Source: Malacoraja senta
Lineage: Eukaryota
Length of the DNA: 64,000 nucleotides
Direction: 5' to 3'
Assembly: GCA_038087875.1 (NCBI GenBank)
Contig: JAXLNO010002598.1
Location: forward strand, 1-64,000
Shown: piece by piece, positions 60,201-64,000 of the stretch
Position numbering within the stretch: the stretch's first letter is position 1
How the letters are laid out: each line of letters opens with the position of its first letter
Notes under the pieces: generated by a model
Seen by the model: only the letters and a program-made list of their open reading frames with translations
Told to the model about the DNA's origin: nothing
Databases searched by the model: none
Made by a program: the position numbers and the translations under genes

Positions 60201-63200
60201 TTACAATGCTCCTAGCATTAAAATATATACATTTAAGAAACCCAACACCACTTATTCTCTGTTTATTATCTTTTTCTTCTTTCTCCCCTACATTTTGGGT
60301 CCGAGTGCTTCCCTTCTCTGCGTCGTGAATAACAGGATGCTTTATTCAGGCATTGTAAAGGCTCTGTCTCACGGTGTTGCGGTCATTGGCGGTGAAGCGC
60401 GGCATCGCCGGAAGAGGGGACCGCACGGCAACCACGAGAGCGCCGCACGGATGCTGCGCGGGGGCCGAGTGATCTCCGTACGGCTGGTTCCACGAGCTTG
60501 CGGCGTCGGGTGATGACGTCATCACGCGATGACGTCTTTCGGATCGCGGGGCTATGGCGGCGGACGTGACGCACACGTGCCTCACTGGCGGCGGCTGTGG
60601 CGGCGGCCGTGCCGCACACGTGCCTCACTGGCGGCGGCTGTGGTGGTGAAAGTTCGACTCACGGCGCTCGTGCCGCACTGGCGGCGGCTGCGGCAGAGAC
60701 CGTGCCGCACTCGTGCCTCACTGGCGGCGGCTGTGCGGTAGGAAATTATTTTTAGACATTGTTGACTGTTGGGACCAACGCCGCACGGCCCCGGCAGTGT
60801 GCGTTTGACCAAACCCGCGGTCTCTGGCGGTCCACGAGCGGTAGATACTTCCTGTATCACCGCCAATGACCGCAGACTCGTGAGACAGGCCTTTCAGTTG
60901 ACAATACATGGACGTTTAACACTCTAACATAACAGTTGTAGTTGTTGAGAGGCTGTTGCCTCGTGGGCTCGGTTGTGCTCCTGCTGCGGTGGCAGGACAC
61001 TCTCATGAAGTCAGAGGAGGAGCAAGAGCCAGAGACAGAGAACGAGAGAGAGGGAAGGTCAGGACTTATATACTGGGACACACCCAATATATCTCGTGAC
61101 TCTTTCCCAGGGTTGCCGAGGGTTCGCATAGGAGGAGTGGCCCAACCATTAGGTGCCGCTACAATACTTCTAATAAAATAAAAAAATAAAAAAAATCATG
61201 CCTGACATCTTCTCCAGATGAAATCCCACGACCTGCCCAGTCTTTTCAGTAAGTTCCATCCTCTCAGTTATGCCGTTATTCTCATGAACATTCCTTGTGT
61301 TTTCCCCCATCGTTCCACATCTCGGCGGCTCTATCCGCTTTCTGTCTGCATGACAGAGGTGATAAGAGTTGGGAAATGGGAATTATCAGAGGGTTACAGA
61401 AATTTGGAGAAATTCCCGGTGTAGGGATGAGGATGGTCCATCTCAATCAATTGAGATTTATGTTTTATTTCTTTCAAGAGGAAGCTGGGCGCAAGCGAAG
61501 GTAGGACATTGTCTTGATGGAAACATTGTACGTTTTTGTGGAACAACTCAAAACATTTCTAATGCTCAGTTTATAACCAGCTGTTAAATATTTCCAGGGT
61601 TCATGATGAAGCCAAACCACTGTCGGTGGTAAATGAAGCCTTGCCGATTGAAAAGTTTCATTGCCCTGTTTCGTTCAACACCACATTCAAAGAAATATCT
61701 GAGGACTTCAAGCAAGGTAGACCTTATACCTTTTCCATTATTCTTGTGTCTGACATCTTTATGCCGTACACCTGACACCTAACACCTTATAATTTCCCAG
61801 CCTCGCACAGCCCGGTTTGAACTTCCCCACAAAGTCCATAAACACAACTGCCCTGTCCCACTGAAATAATTTCCACGTACTTCGACACCATCCTATCCCC
61901 CCCTGTTCCAATCCGTACCAACCTATGTCCAAGATACCTCACATTCCCTTCGTCCCTTTAATGACTTCTGCTTTCAGAGCCTCCACCCCCTTATCTTTAC
62001 CATGGACGTTCATTCACTCTACACCTCCATCCCCCACCAGGAAGGCCTTAAAGTCCACCGTTTCTTCCTCGACCGCAGAACCATCCAATTTCCCTCTACT
62101 AACACTACACCACCTAGCGGAGCTGGTTCTCACTCTTAATAACCTCCTTCGAATCTTCCCACTTCCTCCAAGTCCAAGGACCTATCCCCGAACTCTATCT
62201 CCATTACATTGATGACTGCATCGGTGCTACCTCCTGCACCCATGCAGAAATCATGGACCATCAACTTCACCACTAATTTCCATCCTGCAATCAAAATCAC
62301 CGACACCTCCCTCCCCTTTCTTGATCTTACATTCTCCATCACGGGAAATAGACTATCGATAGACATCTATTACAAACCCACTGAATCCCACAACTATCTC
62401 GACAACACTTCTCCCTACCCTGCTTCATGCAAAGACTCTATCCCCTACTCCCAATTGGTCCATCTACGCCGCATCTGCGCCCAAGATGAGGTATTCCATT
62501 CCAGGAAATCCGAGATGTCCTCATTCTTTAGGGAACTTGGGTTCCCCTCCCCCATCATAGATGAGGCTCGCCCTAGTCACAACTTAGACAGAGCCACCCT
62601 TGTCCTTACCTTTCACCCCATCAGCCGCCACACACAGCACATAATCCTCCAAAATTTCCGCCACCTCCAATGGGATCCCACCACTAGCCACATTTTCCCA
62701 TCTCCTCCCCTTTCTACCTTCCGCAAAGACCATTCCCTCTGCACCTTCTTGGTTAACTCACCCCTTCCCACCTAAACCACCCCCTCCCCAGTACGTTCCC
62801 CTGCAACCGCAGAAGATGCAACACCGGTACCTATACAATAGACAAAAAACAACAGGTGCAGGAGTACCTTCTAAGCTCCAGAGTGTACAAGCCCAGCCGC
62901 TCCATTCTCTCAGCATATGACAGTCCCGCCATCCCGGGAATTAACATTGTAAACCTACGCTGCACTTCCTCAATAGCAAGAATCTCCTTCCTCAAATTAG
63001 GGGACCAGAACTGCACACAATACTCCAGGTGTGGTCTCACTAGGGCTCTGTACAACTGCAGAAGGACCTCTTTGCTCCTATATTCAATTCCTCTTGTTAT
63101 AAAGGCCAACATGCCATTCGCTTTCTTCACTGCCTGCTGTACCTGCATGCTTACTTTCATAAACTGATGAACAAAGACCCCTAGATCCCGTTGTACTTCC

Positions 63201-64000
63201 CCTTTCCCCAACTTGACACACATTTATCCTCATTAAACTTCATCTGCCATGCATCTGCCCACTCCCCCAACCAGTCCAAGTCACCCTGCATTCTCATAGC
63301 ATCCTCCTCACAGTTCACACTGCCACCCAGCTTAGTGTCATCTGCAAATTTGCTAATGTTACTTTGAATCCCTTCATCCAAATCATACCACCTCTCTTGA
63401 CTCTGTCCAGGAACCCCAACAGTCCTTTCAGGTTAGGCAGAGGTTCACTTGCACCTCCTCCAACCTCATCTACTGTATTTATTGTTCAAGATGTGGACTC
63501 TTATACATCGATGAGACCAAACGCAGACTGGGCGATCGTTTCGCTGAACACCTTCGCTCAGTCTGCCTGAACCTACCTGATCTCTCGGTGGCTAAAACTT
63601 TAATTTTCCTTCCCATTCCCACACAGACCTTTCTGTCCTAGGTCTCCTCCATTGTCAGAGTGAGGATGAATGCAAATTGGAGGAACAGCATCTCATATTT
63701 TGCTTGGGCAGTTTACAGCCCAGTGGTATGAAATGTTGATTTCTCTAACTTCAGGTAGCCCCGGCATTCCCTCTCTCTCTTTCCCTCCCCACCCAAGTCA
63801 CACTAGTTTCTCGTTTTCACCTAATAAATAGCTAACAATGGCCTGTTTAATCTCATCGTTATATTTTACATATCTTCCATTCATTGTTCTTTATCTCTTT
63901 ACATCATCGCCTATATCTCTTGTTGCCCTTATCCATAACCAGTCTGAAGAAGGGTCTTGAACCGAAACGTCACCCAATCCTTCTCTCCAGAGATGCTGCC

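Larger units (their letters stand above)
51910..60321 (-). pseudogene. Unit 4 CR1 ORF2 copy, split by the L1 insertion (51910-52215 and 57623-60321)
   Basis: ORFs 59476-60195 and 57533-59377; the remaining 3' end resumes left of the L1. Confidence 0.93.
26939..64000. repeat. Head-to-tail tandem array of a ~7.07 kb composite unit; starts at 26939, 34018, 41094, 47851 and 60322, the last running off the window
   Basis: The anchor gtcgtgaataacaggatgctttattc recurs at spacings 7079, 7076, 6757 (internal ~320-bp deletion) and 12471 (7064 + 5407 of L1 and TSD). All modules are collinear with scattered substitutions. Confidence 0.97.

Noticed and set aside
26939-64000. Tandem array as an rDNA, snRNA, tRNA or histone cluster, or a CRISPR-like array
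   Set aside because: No recognisable 5S, U-snRNA, tRNA or histone sequence in the unit and no repeat-spacer structure; the DNA is eukaryotic.

Overview
Vertebrate genomic DNA, most likely a cartilaginous fish (skate/ray-like; inferred from HE1-type SINEs, the CR1/Penelope families and exon structure). Positions 1-9.6 kb hold the 3' half of a tapasin (TAPBP, MHC class I peptide-loading) gene on +. Four exons can be reconstructed: IgC 3885-4208, TM 5549-5648, cytoplasmic 7384-7421 and last exon 9567-9578, ending in the ER-retrieval motif KKRN*. As written, the TM exon has a frameshift (2 nt missing). Positions 9.6-26.9 kb are mostly CR1, SINE, Rex1/Babar, L1 and Penelope fragments, with two CpG-rich unique patches; one carries an IRF-element and a ZNF143-like motif. 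From 26939 to the window end is a head-to-tail array of a ~7.07 kb composite unit, at least 5 copies. Each unit contains a TIR-bounded CpG-rich MITE, a unique segment with small exon-like blocks, a Penelope-like element ending in a hammerhead-like motif, a short CR1 and a dead ORF2-length CR1. Unit 4 carries a young 5.4 kb L1 insertion with a perfect 15-bp TSD. No rRNA, tRNA or CRISPR features were found. TE boundaries are approximate unless a TSD, TIR or splice site is quoted.
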